A stretch of 64,000 nucleotides of DNA from Klebsormidium nitens. Its lineage: Eukaryota > Plantae > Klebsormidiophyceae. This document shows positions 1 to 12,700 of this stretch, piece by piece (position 1 is the stretch's first letter; each line of letters begins with the position of its first letter). The position numbers and the translations under genes are program-made. The notes beneath the pieces are model-generated. The model did no database searches, had not been told where the DNA came from, and was given only the letters and a program-made list of their open reading frames with translations. The stretch spans positions 1 through 64,000 of the forward strand of contig DF237249.1 in the NCBI GenBank assembly GCA_000708835.1, read 5' to 3'.

Positions 1-346
1 ATACATCGTGACAGAAGAAAGTCGACTGTGCATTGCAATCCAGATCATCCATCCGTTTGAAATTGCGAATGGTCAAACGGCGGCCGCCCCGGGTCGCGGC
101 TCCATCGGACAGACCATGGCATGCTTACAAAGTGTTATAACAAGGATATGATATCGTAGCTGCGCTGACTGGTTCACATGCAATGCGGTCTGCATAAATG
201 CAGTACACATAGCAATAGGTCGGAAGGAATCTGATGAGCAAATTTGGGTGACCCGGTGAGAAGACTCAGATTAGCGTGCTTTAGTGACTGTGCTTATAAA
301 AGTTCCTAGAAACGATGGAAACGACGATCGTCCGTGAATTCCTCCA

Positions 347-543
347 CTACCAGAACATCTTGGTTATTCGACCAAACAACCCCTCCCCAGCTGCTTTTTC
401 TGCTGACTCCTTTCGTTCCAGCTTGGCTCTCGCCTTTTCTGACAAATCGTCAGGATGCAAATCGCCAACATAATATTGTTCTAGCATTTTGATCGCACTC
501 TTACTGTGCCCCACATCGTCAAAGTCCTGGCTCGCATCTTGCG
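347..543 (-). CDS. Second (alternative) terminal exon of cytochrome b5, no transmembrane tail
   Basis: Acceptor ctcttgcag, phase 1 like the 601-875 exon. Encodes AQDASQDFDDVGHSKSAIKMLEQYYVGDL...GLFGRITKMFW*, a paralogous second half of the b5 domain. Confidence 0.8.
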
Positions 544-600
544 CTGCAAGAGTGGACGCAAAAAAGTGAGTCCATCTTGCAGCGCAAGACACGGCGTTTC

Positions 601-2051
601 TTAATCAACCTTGACTGGTTCCTTGGCTGTTAAAAACCGGACCGCAATGGCGAGCCCTAGGATAGCTAGCGGAACGAGAATCTGCAAAATCCGTCGGAAC
701 AAACTGGTTTCCTCCCCCGACTTTGCTGCGGCTCGTGTGGCAGCTGCCGCTCGAGCTGCTACCACCTTTGCTGGGAGACTGCTCATGTCAAACTCTCCGA
801 TGTAGTAACTCTTTAGCATGTCCCGGGCACTGTCGCTGTGGCCAACATCCTCAAAGTCTTCTGAGGCATCCTTGGCTGCACAGAGTAGTATCCCCAAACA
901 TCAAAATCAGAGACTTTGTAAACTTTCAAAGTCTGAAGGTTTCTCAATGGGAAGCAGCCGTCTTGACAAAAGGAAGACTCGACATAAGATCCATAACACA
1001 TCGTGACTCGCCATAGCAGAAAGAAGAAGCAGAACATACTGCATACAGCGCTTGCTTTGAGACCCCCACAAAAGCTCTTCTATTATTCTGAACATTAACA
1101 AGCCCCAAATTGACGCCCCATCCTGAAGGGACTTGCATGGGGCTTCAACGTCCTCATGATGACGATTACGAGAAAGAGATCGAAAGTTAGTTCCTTTTGA
1201 GTCCTAGGCTGAACAGATGCACCCAGCAGCCCGTAGAACTCCATGAAATGCTGTTGATTTAAACCCCAAAATGTTCCCTGGGAGCTGTTGGCATGAGACA
1301 GGCTACACCAAGACAGAGCACCGAGCCTACTGCTGATTGCAGACACCAGCGAACCATCAGAAGAAGTGGCAGAGCGTTCCTTCACCTGTTGATGTCAATA
1401 GAACCTCGTCACCTCCCGGGTGTTCCTCTAAGAACTTGGTGACATCGTAAACCTGAAAGGGGAAGATTGTGAGTGAGCGCCGTACCGAAACCTGGGGCAA
1501 CAAGACGAGGACCCTCTGCAGCTTGGACGACCTTGACAAAGAACCAGAAACATTTTGATGACTAGTATCTGGACAACAGAGATGATCGATGCATGAGAAG
1601 CAGTCAGCGGATATGAGGGCTGAGACGCATCTACGAAGGTTTCTGAACCTGCCCGCTTAACACACTCTATCCAAGCTTTCCAAGTGGGCGCCAAACCCTA
1701 GATCCAAGCTCACACTTGATATCATGCTTCCTCATCATCAATTTTGGCTGGCACCCATTGATGCCATTGATTTCCAAGGCCTCAAGCAGACACTTCGAGT
1801 CTTGCTTTCCAACTTCTTGTCAACACCCCATCAAAGCATTCAGTGGCAGCGCCGCTCTGAGATACGAATCAACCAGAAGACGGAAAGGTAAACTAGTGGC
1901 TTGCAGTTGCTTCAAGCAATCAGCATCACTCAGGGCCCCCATCTCTTCTGCTGACCTTGCCATGAATAACAAGCCAGGCGTCCTTCTCTGTGGTGTGCTT
2001 TGACGCTTCCTCAAGCGTTATAACTCGTCCCTCCGTCCCCTCTGCAACCAT
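601..2051 (-). CDS. CB5: Cytochrome b5, tail-anchored isoform (exons 1956-2051, 1386-1452, 601-875)
   Basis: Spliced translation MVAEGTEGRVITLEEASKHTTEKDAWLVIHGK|VYDVTKFLEEHPGGDEVLLTST|AKDASEDFEDVGHSDSARDML... contains the HPGG and GHS heme-ligand motifs. C-terminal hydrophobic tail ILQILVPLAILGLAIAVRFL. Splice sites are GT-AG and phases are consistent. Confidence 0.95.
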
Positions 2052-2596
2052 CGTGACCAGATCCTTGCACAAGCACGCTGTGAGCTCAAAGGTCGTTAGA
2101 AGGCGCCTCAAACAATGTCTAGTTCTCAAAAGATTTGTCAGCGTTCACGTCTTTCCAGGTTCCCCTTGTGCAGAACAGGCTTTGTCACTGTGATTCTGAA
2201 TGTCTGAACTTGAAGCTCAGATCTGAACCCTGGGTGTTAAAAACTGCAAATTTCTGACTGCAGTGGCCGGGGCACTTCAAGCCCGGGTAGTGCCAAGCCT
2301 AGATTTCTCTAAATTAGATGCCCGGAAACTGGACACTCAAAAGGTTTAGGCGTCTGTTCACATATTTCCAAATGACAAGAAGTGCTGCGTTCTGCCAGGT
2401 CAAAATGCACACTGAATTTGCAGCTGGCTCCAGACGCAGCTCGCCACGACGCCAGCATTCAATGGCAAGACGCTTTTGCTGCCAGTGCATCGCTAATTCC
2501 TGCCGGTGACAAAGGGCGCCTAAATGCAGTCCTGTGAACGAAAAGCTTGGTCTAAGGTTGCAGCTTGCAGGGCTAGATCAGGCGCTCGCACGAGCG

Positions 2597-5500
2597 ATGG
2601 CTTTGTGTTACCGAACCAGCAACGCCTTTGCACAAAACTTCCAGTCAAATAGATTCAGCGCCAAAGCTGCTGTTGCCAGCACTCTTGGTTGCTGTGAGGG
2701 AGCTCCCGCCTTGTTGAGTGAATCAAAATGGGCTTGCCTGAGAGCAGGACACTGTGGCAAACTTCCTTGTTGTGTTGACCATCGAAAAGTGGAAAACAGG
2801 AATTGGGGTTGTGCGCTAAATCTTGGCAAAGAAAGGCTGCGATTACGGTGGCGGTTGCAAGACGCAAGGTGCCGTTTGCCAACAACTAAAACTGCAAGAG
2901 ACATGCGCGCTGAGCGGAAAGAAAGCACCTCTTGCTTTTTGGACACGGGGCCCGCCGTAGCCCCTTGTTCTGCGAGGCTTGTTGTTAGAAAGCGGAAGTC
3001 TGACCTGAAGAGAATAGCTGCGTCGGCTGCGGTTCAAGCGGGGTGGAACGTTTTCCTGCCTCAGCAGTACACTTACAGCACTGACCTGAAGGATGTTGAC
3101 CCCCAGCAGGTAAGAAAGGAGTGGTTCCATGTGCAGATAACGCAGTGTTTAGTTTGATGGTGGTTCCTAACGTAGGCCCCGGTTTCCATATTATCATTCC
3201 ACAAATTGCAAGTATGCTAGGCCCACATTGATCAGATAAAAATCATTTTCCCTCAGCATGCACTGTACTGGCCTCTATTGGACATGTATCTTCCCCCAGC
3301 CACAAGTTGCACAAAAGAGAAGCCCTTCCCAACCAATATGTTTTCGTCCATGGCAGCTTAGTGACCTCTGGGAACGTACTCTAGGAGAGAAGCGGAGTCC
3401 CCACAGGTGCGCGCTAGCAATGAGGAAAAGTTTTGCGGTGAGTCCTGTAGTAAGCATCAGTCCCAGATTTTTCTTTCAAATTGAGCACGTATCTTTATTC
3501 CCATTTGGCGCCGGCGTGCCTACAGGCTGGCAATTGATACATTTTTTGCAGTCAAATGGTGCAGTCGCATGCACAAATACGAAATGGACAACGATCAAAG
3601 TTGGCAACTTGGCACAGACTTCTCCGCCTTCGTACTTGCTCTCCTTGGACCTGTGCAGGGGACTCAGTTCAGGGACATCTCGTTGTAGAGTCTGCTTTCT
3701 GAAAAGGTCGTTCGCCTTGCTTCTACAGAATGTGATTCATGGGGGCTTCTTTGAGATGCTTTAAGTTCCCTGCAGTTTGTTCTAGTCATTGTCAAGGAGC
3801 ATCATACAGAGACTTCGAACTGGCGGCCATCGCTCGTTAATCCAGGCACACGAATAGTTGGTGAGGTCTTCTGTCATCTGTGACGGCATCAAACTGGGCC
3901 TGATTGCCCTTGCTGTGATGTACTCTCACATAGCCACAATTGGTCAGTGTTGCTGTTGTTGCGGATGTTGGACAAAATTACTTGAGCACGTAATGTGAGC
4001 TGCTTCAACTAAAACGGCTTTGGTTTACACTACCCGTATCCAAGTCTAAACGTAGTGTGTTGTATTTCGTGTTGCAGGGGTAGCGCGAGCAATATCCGAT
4101 GGGGAGTTTATGGTACGTTCTCTACAGCCAATTTGCGCGGGGCTGTGTTGTTTGATTTGCATGGCCCCCTTCTCTTCCTTCTTCTCGTGTTTGGAAAACG
4201 GGCCGTTTGGGTGTTGCAGGTCGCCAGTGGGATCTGTCTGGCTTTGATTTGCGCACGGGTTTACAAGGGCTTCTCGCTGTTGAGAAAGCAGAAAAATTGT
4301 TTCGGAATCCAATTGCGACCGTTGCCTTTGGGCTGTCATTGTCTAGCTCAGCTGGATTCTTCGTCAGCCAGGGTCAGGTCAGAGGTTACCCGATTATCAA
4401 GATGGTTAACGAGCCGTTTTCTTGATACATGCGCTGAGCTCGAACCGCCGTAGGCACATTGCTTAGGCCTTTCACGAGGAAGAATTGACGCTGGTTCTCG
4501 TTTGGTCCCAACCTTGAGCATCTATTAGCCAAAAAAGACGCATGTAGCACCTGTTCGTTGATCCCCTGCAGACGACTTTTTCACGACTTTATCGTTGATC
4601 CCCTGCAGACGACTTTTTCACGACTTTATCGGCAGAGCCTCCATCACAATTGGAACAAAGATCATCTTGACCGACCTCCGATTGGTTCCTGAAGCGCCTG
4701 TCAACCATAGCAATCTTTGGCACTGCTTTATATGTTGAGCCCCTTCACAAGAATTCCTTCATTGGCTTCCGACGTTGATCCTTCTCTAACCCGTCGCGTT
4801 TTGTTTCAATGTCCCAGGCGACCGTATGTGACGTGGCCGTAGACCCGGACTATACTGGACGGGGCATTGGACGCAAGGTGGTCCAGACGCTGGTCCGCAA
4901 CATGAAGCTGCGGGGTCCCACCGGCTTTGCCGCCTTTCCTCCACCCAAGGCACGGCGCTTCTTCTTTATGTTAGGCTTTAGGTAAGGGCTGCAATCGCTG
5001 GAAGTATTGTGATGACGGGAGAGGCATGGCGGTCGCCAGAAGCTCTCTTGCTTAGTCGGATAAAGCTGTGCAGCCTTTCTCCAATCAGTGACTGTCAGAC
5101 TCTTTGAGTCACACGCTAAATCGTCTTTTGAAGGAGGGGATGTTGCAATCCTGGGAAGAACGCTGGAGTTGTGAGAGGAGAGCTCGCAATGTATTGCCAC
5201 AGAAACCCGCTTCAAACCCTGGGCGATCAGCTCTCTTTGGATGCAAGTATGCTCTTTAGTCTTCCACGAGAACGCCCTTTGCGGAATACAAGTCGAAGGA
5301 CCTCGTTTCAAATGACCTGCAGCCTGGCAAAACTTAAACTGTGGTCTCAACAGACTCGAGAGCTTCTCCCGTCTTGTAGTGCGTGCTTTGATCAGTTTTT
5401 GCATTGATAAATGCCTGCCTTTGTGTACAGGATCGATAAGAAGTACCGGCTCATGTCATATGAGGGCAAGGGCGAGTTCCCGGACTTGCGGGACGAACAG

Positions 5501-5623
5501 GCAAAGTTGAAGGGGGCGAGACGAGAAAGCCAAGGTCTAATCGGGAAGGTCACCGGTTCGCAACCTGGTTTTGATTCAAACACGAGCATAGCTCCCGAAG
5601 GCGTAGCCGAAACGGGGGAATAA
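2597..5623 (+). CDS. GNAT-family N-acetyltransferase, probably plastid-targeted (NSI/GNAT1-3/SNAT-like); exons 2597-3109, 3357-3437, 3776-3860, 4078-4112, 4818-4981, 5431-5623
   Basis: All splice phases close. The product contains RIVGVARAISDGEFM|ATVCDVAVDPDYTGRGIGRKVVQTL (GNAT motif A with the acetyl-CoA loop) and a long Ser/Ala/Arg-rich N-terminal extension. Confidence 0.88.
4556..4631. repeat. Perfect 37-bp tandem duplication in a GNAT intron
   Basis: cgttgatcccctgcagacgactttttcacgactttat occurs at 4556 and 4593. Confidence 0.95.
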
Positions 5624-6768
5624 ACAAAGCGTAGTCCTTTTCTGCGTTTTGACATTTGGTCAGCTTACAGTCGTCCTCGGACTGCCAAACAGGCAACGAT
5701 AGTCAGAGTTAATGGAGGAGCTCATGCAGCTTTGCCAACATACACCACTTCGTAACCCCATCGCCGGTTGTCGCTGTTGGAACCCGGGGAGCGATCGTTT
5801 GAACCCGGTCAGGTCAAGGGCCCTTAACTCTGCTCTTGCCAGCCCAAGCTTACAAAGCATGAATGATAGTTTGTGATGACCTTGGCACCAAGCATTCAGT
5901 CAGTGCCCTAAGCCCACCTTACTCAGCGTCCCTTGCAGTTCATTTGCATGACAAGGACATCATTGTCCCTGATTGCTGGCGTTGATAGTACATAATATCA
6001 TTTTGGGAAAGTGAACGACTCGTTGAATTTACGGAGCAGGTTTAGCTTTTCTGAAGGGGATTGGCTGCGTGCATTCAATAAACTCCCGTGAGCTTCAAGT
6101 AGCACTTTGTTGAACTACTTCGAATTTGTTTCATGCAATTGAATGCACCGAATGCATTCAATTCAATTATGCAGGCATGAGTACGTGGCATAGGTAGACT
6201 CAGACCGCGATGCACTACAAAATGCATGCAGAAGTGCATACACCATCATGCATCATCTATGCCGGGACTGTATGTGCAGGCCATGCGTCCAATCCCCAAT
6301 TCCGCGGTTCTGGCCAGGCCGCGCGCGCAATGATTCTGGTCCATAATACATATAGAAATCGCGCGCGCGCTGTGCATGTGTGCGCTCGCGAGAATTGAAC
6401 GCGGCCGGGTGCTGTGCCGCGGCCGCCATGCGCATGCACATACCCCTTGGGGCCTTTTGTTCACGATGGGGACGCAGTTTTAGCCCGTGACTCTGCCCCC
6501 TGCTAAGGAGACTGCACACTTGGAGATTCGAGAATATCTCTTGAGGCCAATTCAAGTTTCTGCCATTCCCGAATCCCATGGTGCTTTGAAAGTTCAAGCA
6601 TTGGACTGGGGGGCGAAGTTCTAATGTGGAACAGCAGGCCTTCTATGTGCGCAGGAGTGTCAAAACCCCTTCAGCTTCTGACGCCCCTTGGCGGTTCGTC
6701 ACCGTTCTGGCCATTGGGAGGAGGCAACCACGCGGCTCTAAAGATTGGGTGGCAAGAAGGCAGGCACC

Positions 6769-9700
6769 ATGGAGTTCTGGGGTGAGTTGCTGCCGCTTGT
6801 TTGTACAAAGCTGCTGTTTGAGTCGGTGGTCGACGTGGACGACCTGGGAAACGCCAGTTATTAATCTTGAATGCGTTTTTGTCGCTCTTTCCAGCATACG
6901 ATCATTGGGATATTACATTGCTGGCAATGAAGACTGATTCGTTTTTACAAAATGGACGCTTCGTTGGTGCTTTTATCAGGTGCAGTGGGTACATGGAGTT
7001 AGTTTCATCCTTTTGTTCGGCTCGCAGTGCGATTCTACACTATCAGCATGGTAATGGTCGGACAGCTTGCACAACTGCATTTGTTTTACGACACTGGTTT
7101 TATCTGCAATGCATCCAAGTGTAAATTGATATGTGCTGTCAGTACCATTTTTTTCTAGACTTGAGTATGATTTTTTTTGGTGGCGATTAAATTGCGGCAC
7201 CCTGCCAGAGCTGATTAGTCAAATGCACCACTCAAGCGCAGAAGCACACTTTTCAAAGGGGTCCGAATCAGGAATCCACAGTCTTGTCCAGATCATATTG
7301 AGATGATATCCAGATTTACGCTTCTTGTGCTGGGGCTCATACCACCACTTTATCAATCACAATATTCTAATTTCTTGAGATGGCTATCGATTCTTATACT
7401 GTAAGCTATTATTTGTTGAATTTTGAGGAGAGTCACTTCTGGTACCAATGCCATTGCAAATGTTGTGCGTTTTGAATCCAGAATTCAGAGGCACACTCCG
7501 CTTCGTTCTTTCAGAGGAGTCCGTGTTGTCAGCTGCCCTGGTCCGCCTTTCCTTCTCGCTTACCTTTGACACCACCATGTTTCGTCCCAGGGATGGAGCT
7601 CCTGCCCAAGCAGGCGAAGCCAATCACATGCAGTGAGAACAGCTATCTGCATTTGACGCAGGTAAGAGCGCCTCGGTTCCGGCGGCCTTTTCTTTTTACC
7701 CGGCGGCCTTTTCTTTTTACCCCGGTTTTCTTTTCCTTGCTACCACAGGGCTCGAGGTCCCCCCCGGCGCCGTTCGGAAACGTTCAGACATTCACGGAGC
7801 AACTGCTCTGCACATCACCAAGGTGAGGGCCCGTTCGCACCACCTCCCGCTTTCTGAAGCGCCCCGCTCGCTCTGCAGTTCATGAGGTGCTCCCAGGAAA
7901 GCCGAGTGTGCTCAAAGGGGGCGGAGCCAATCTGCAAATCTCTGAGGTAAGGCTGAGCAATAGATACTTGAGAGTGGGTATCGTTCAGTCAATGGCTGGA
8001 GGCATTGTGTTTCTGTTGGCTTAACTTTGTTTACTACGATTTCCCTCCTTACTTTCTGTACTCTGCAGAATGGTCAATCAGCGCAAGCAGCACCAGCAAA
8101 GTTTTGTCTTGATCACAACCTCTTTTTCTCATGATGAGGCAATGATGTCATGCCAAAGCTCATTTGAGTTGGAAACGTTCCCGTTCAAGCGCTGCTTGCT
8201 GAGGAGTGGTGCTGAGCAGCAAGATGACCAACTTTTTGCACAGGACACTAGTCGTTCGCACCTTGTTTTGCAGCCATGTCGTGGCAAATCTGTAATGTCG
8301 TATCTGCTCGCTTGCAGATTTACGTTTAAAGTCATTGAGTCTAGATATAGCAGTAGACCTGACAGCCCGGGTCTTTCCTTCTGAGCAAAGCAGAACTTTG
8401 ACTTGCTTTGCCACTCGCCAAGGACTATCGACCAATGTTGCACCGATCTGTGTTGTAGCGCACTTGCTTGAGGTGGTAGCATGTGGCCTGGTTCAAGCAA
8501 GCACGACACACTTAAAAGTCAACCAGCTTCCTCTATTTTGCGGGTCCTTCACAGCAGACCTGCGTTTGGCCTTATGTTCCGACTTCAACAAAATGTGTGA
8601 GTCACAGTCTGAAGAAGAGGTATGAGTTTTCAATATTCAAGGGTTTGGTTACATCCTTTTCATCTGTATTTTGCTCCTGCACTTCCTCTGTTAAGAATTC
8701 CGGTACGAGCCCTGGAGTTGAGCAAAGCAAGGTTAGTGGAAACAACAAACGGTCCCAAAAGCTAATTGTCGACAAACTCGTGCAGGCTGCGCTGGGGACC
8801 AACCCAAAGGACGGCGAGCGCGTCGTCCTCCAGATCGGTTTCGAGAAGGAGAAGTTCGTTCTCGGGACGCTCGTCAAATCCACCTGCGACCAGATGCACC
8901 TGGACCTGCTGGTCGACAGGGACTTCACTCTGGAGCACACTGGCAGCACCAGCGTCTTTGTGACGGGGTATGTGACGGCGGCCGACTTGGAAGAGGGAGA
9001 GGAGCTCGATGATTTGGAAGAGGAGGAGGATGAAGAAGAGGACGAGGATGAGGACGAGGAAGGTAAGGGGAGGAAGCGATGCATCTTTTGGAGTAGTTTT
9101 TGCTGCCTGCATTTGCCCTTGCTATGATGGCAATGACGTGGCTTTGGAGCGGAACCTTAGCCTTTCTCATTGCAATGGATGGCGTGTGGCGCAGCTACGG
9201 ACAGTGGAAATCTCCGAATTTAGTAGTGTCCTTCGGCCCGCAGATCGAGAGAGAAGCGTTTCAGGTTATGTATTCAAGCTTCTCTTTAGTGTCTGCCTGT
9301 GTGACCTTCTCAGTACCTGGACTTCCATCTAGACCTTCTGACGTTTTGAAAGAAGTTATTGCTGCTCTCTCGAGAGGTTCTTTTGTCTTTGAGGCTAGCT
9401 AGAATAAGGAGCCATGGCCTTGAACCAGCAGCATTCGTGGCAATCACAAAGGGCGAGAAGATCAGGGACCATGGTCTTCAATGAACCTACAGGGACGCAT
9501 TGTTGCAAGTTTGTTGTGAGGAGCTCCGCCACGGACAATGTTGTTCCGGGACCCAGCCAAAGAAAAACATCTAAATCTTGTGCACACCCAGGTATTGACA
9601 TGTGGCGATCTGCTCACATGAGGCTCTTATTAAATGCAGGTGATGAGGAGGAAGAGGCGGCGGTGGTAAATGCGACCAAAAGCAACGGAGTGCCGAACAG

Positions 9701-12700
9701 GAAGGTTGGCAATCAAGCAGGTCAGGAATGGAGCGCACAACGTTTCTCAAAGTAATTTTTGCATGCTAAACGCCTCCCAAATGATTGCTGGTCATGTTGA
9801 AAACAAGCTGCTGTGTTGTTCATCTGCTGAACGGGTTCTTTAACCGAGTCAATAAGTTAGCTGCTTCTCTTACACGTTTCTTCAAGCCGAGAGTATGTGC
9901 CCATAATCACATGATTGAATGGCAGTCTGTCGTTCGGGGCAGGGCTGTGCTTCTTGAGGAGGATCGCAACTCTGCTCCCTTTCGAAATCTTCTAATTGGG
10001 ACGTTTTTCTTGGTGGATAGTATTGGTCGCTCGTCCAACCTCTTGCCGCCCGACCTCGTCAAGCCTTGCCTTCGGCCTGCAACGCAGCGATCCGTCAAGT
10101 TGTGACACGAGCTCGCTTTTCTCCATTCAGCGGCGGCGGTTGCAAAGGTAGCCAAGGCTGCGGCCAAGGCGGAGCCCATCAGGGTGTCAGGAGTGATTAG
10201 AAAACCTGATGCGGGCGACCTAGAGGAGGACGAAGATGAGGACGAGGACGACGAAGACGATGACGATGACGAGGTGAGCTTTTGGGCATCGATTTTTGAA
10301 TTGGGCGTCGGGGTGTTCTGACGTTAGCTGCATTCTCTGATGGCTTCAAATCTTCGATGGTTATGGACGATCCACGAGTACGGAACGACAAGTTAAGACG
10401 TTGCTGGGCGCTGTGGAAATCCACTTTGGTTCTGCGTGTCCATACACTAGTTAAAAGCTTTTCGGTGTTCATCAGAGCCGCTAAACCACCAGTTTTGAAG
10501 GCTTTCTGGAAGTTGTTGAAACAGCTCAGCTTCCTAATGCCGTGCTCGAAAAACAGCGTCACCTTAGTGCGCTTGCGAGGCTGCGGTTCTGGTTGAACTT
10601 TGCCGCTTCGACGTTGTCCAATCTAAAGACGTATTTCACGAAGCTAGATAGCCTGGAGGGTTGTCCGTCACGGGGCTTTAACAAGACCCCTCTTTCAGAG
10701 AGGCATGCAAGTGTCAGAAGCTATTTGGTTACGACCATGCATCGCAACGCACTGTTGCTTTGTGAATCCACCACATCGCACAAAAGTCCTCAGCGCAATC
10801 GCCTACGACCCCCTCCGTCGTGTGGCCTTTGCTGATACACTGATGTCTCAATATCGCTGTTGGAATTTCATTCGAGCGTGTTCGGCAGTAGCGGGTTGGG
10901 GTGCAGTAACGAGCGCTGGACGCTTGATGGAAAATGAAGCACGTTCTCCCCTCTGTTTATTCCCAAACGGCAAATTCTGAAGCGCAGTCTTTGGTAAAAG
11001 TCTTGAGGCCGGCTGCTTGAGACCAGCCCCTGACTGCTGGGCGGACCAGACTTGACGACTGTACTCGTTCGCGGGACTTACGTTTGCTTTCACTACGCGC
11101 ACTGTTCGAAATCAAGAAGCACGTATCCAGAAGCCATGTCAGTAAGCGATATTTTGATTTGTGCCAGGACGATGATGAAGGCGCGGTGCTGCGGGGCGCC
11201 AAGGAGTTCGACATGGACGAGGACGATGACGTGTCAGACGAGGATGATGACGAATTTGCGGACGGGCTGGCGGACGAGGACGACGACGATGACGACGAGG
11301 TGTGCATCTACTCGCACTGGTGCTTTGTAGCATCTTTCAGAGTCGACTGTTAAACTGCTCTCGTGCGTTCTGTTTTGCCTCCTTATTTGATTTCAAAATG
11401 CGTAGCATCTGTCTGTGGTTCCCTCTTCGTCTTCTCTTGTACATTCTGTGTTGTGTCAACTCGTAACCTTGGTTTCTCACGAATCGACCTTTCGTTGTCA
11501 CTCGTGTGTTGTACCTTTCATTCTTCTGTAAGCTTCGATCTGGTCGTGTGGTGTATCACTGTCGGATCAAATGGTTTGCCCTTTTGCAACAAGCTCTTCA
11601 TGTACTTAGAGCGGTCTTTCTTGAGAAGAGCTTCGCCTCGAGACATTGCTTCCTTGAGTCCGGCCTTTCCGGCTGCCGCTGCGCGGATATTTGCCAGAGG
11701 TTGTACGTTCTATTGAAGCAGAGTAGCGAAGCTTTTGGGCCCCAGTCTAGTTCCTCACTTGTCGAGCCTGATCTCTCCAAACCGAAACTGATTGTGGCAA
11801 TGGAGAGTAGTCAAGAGACGGTTAAAGAAACTTTTAACGAAGGCAAATTTCAAATTTTTCTATCCATTGCTTAACCCTTTCTCCTTTCCATCCGTCAGGA
11901 GGCCGACTTCGACGACGATGATGACGACGAGGATGACGATGAAGATGACGAGGAGGATGACGACATGGACGAGGACGAGGAGGGAGTGGAGGTGAGGTCC
12001 AGGCTTTGGTCTCTCTTTCTTTCTCTTCTCTCTTCATTTCTCATATCCGTCCAGTATCCTTGATTTCCGGAGTCGTTTGGGTGGTGTCGATGGTATGCGG
12101 AAGAACTGGTTAATGAAGTTTTCTCGCGGAGACACGTTTCGAAAGACAGTGGAATTCCGCACAGTTGGCAGTTGTGAACGAGACGGAGATCTGCGGCTTT
12201 ACCGCTTGCGTCTATCGTCTCCTTTGAAATACGTTAACTGATTACCAGCTTTCCTCAGGCGAGCCCGCTGTCTTCGTAAGATCGCGTCGTTCGAAAAGAA
12301 CTCTGAAAGCTTCTGCTTCGAAGGTGCGACGGTCTTGAGAAGACACTCGTGCTCAGAAAAAATGGTTGCCTTTACTTTTGCCCGATCTCTCTTCTATGGA
12401 AGACGTATCTTCAACGCAAACTCTTCCGAGAGAAACGTGCATCCTCACCCGTTGGTTTCTCGGCAGAACGTGCAGCCTCCCCCCAAGAACGGGAAGCGGC
12501 CGGCGGCTGAGCCCAAGACGCCGGGTACGCAAAAGAAGGCCAAAGTAGACGCCACGACACCGAAAACTCCGGCAGGTGAGACGCGACACTGAGGTTTTCC
12601 CTTGTCAGTTTCCGACAAAAGAGTGTGGGGGCGCCTGAGGACTCGGAAACCCCCTGGCATCCGCATCAAAAAAAAAATCAGCGGATTGTCAACAAGCGCG

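Noticed and set aside
8602-12037. Poly-Ser/His/Pro minus-strand ORFs
   Set aside because: They are antisense shadows of the HDT acidic exons.
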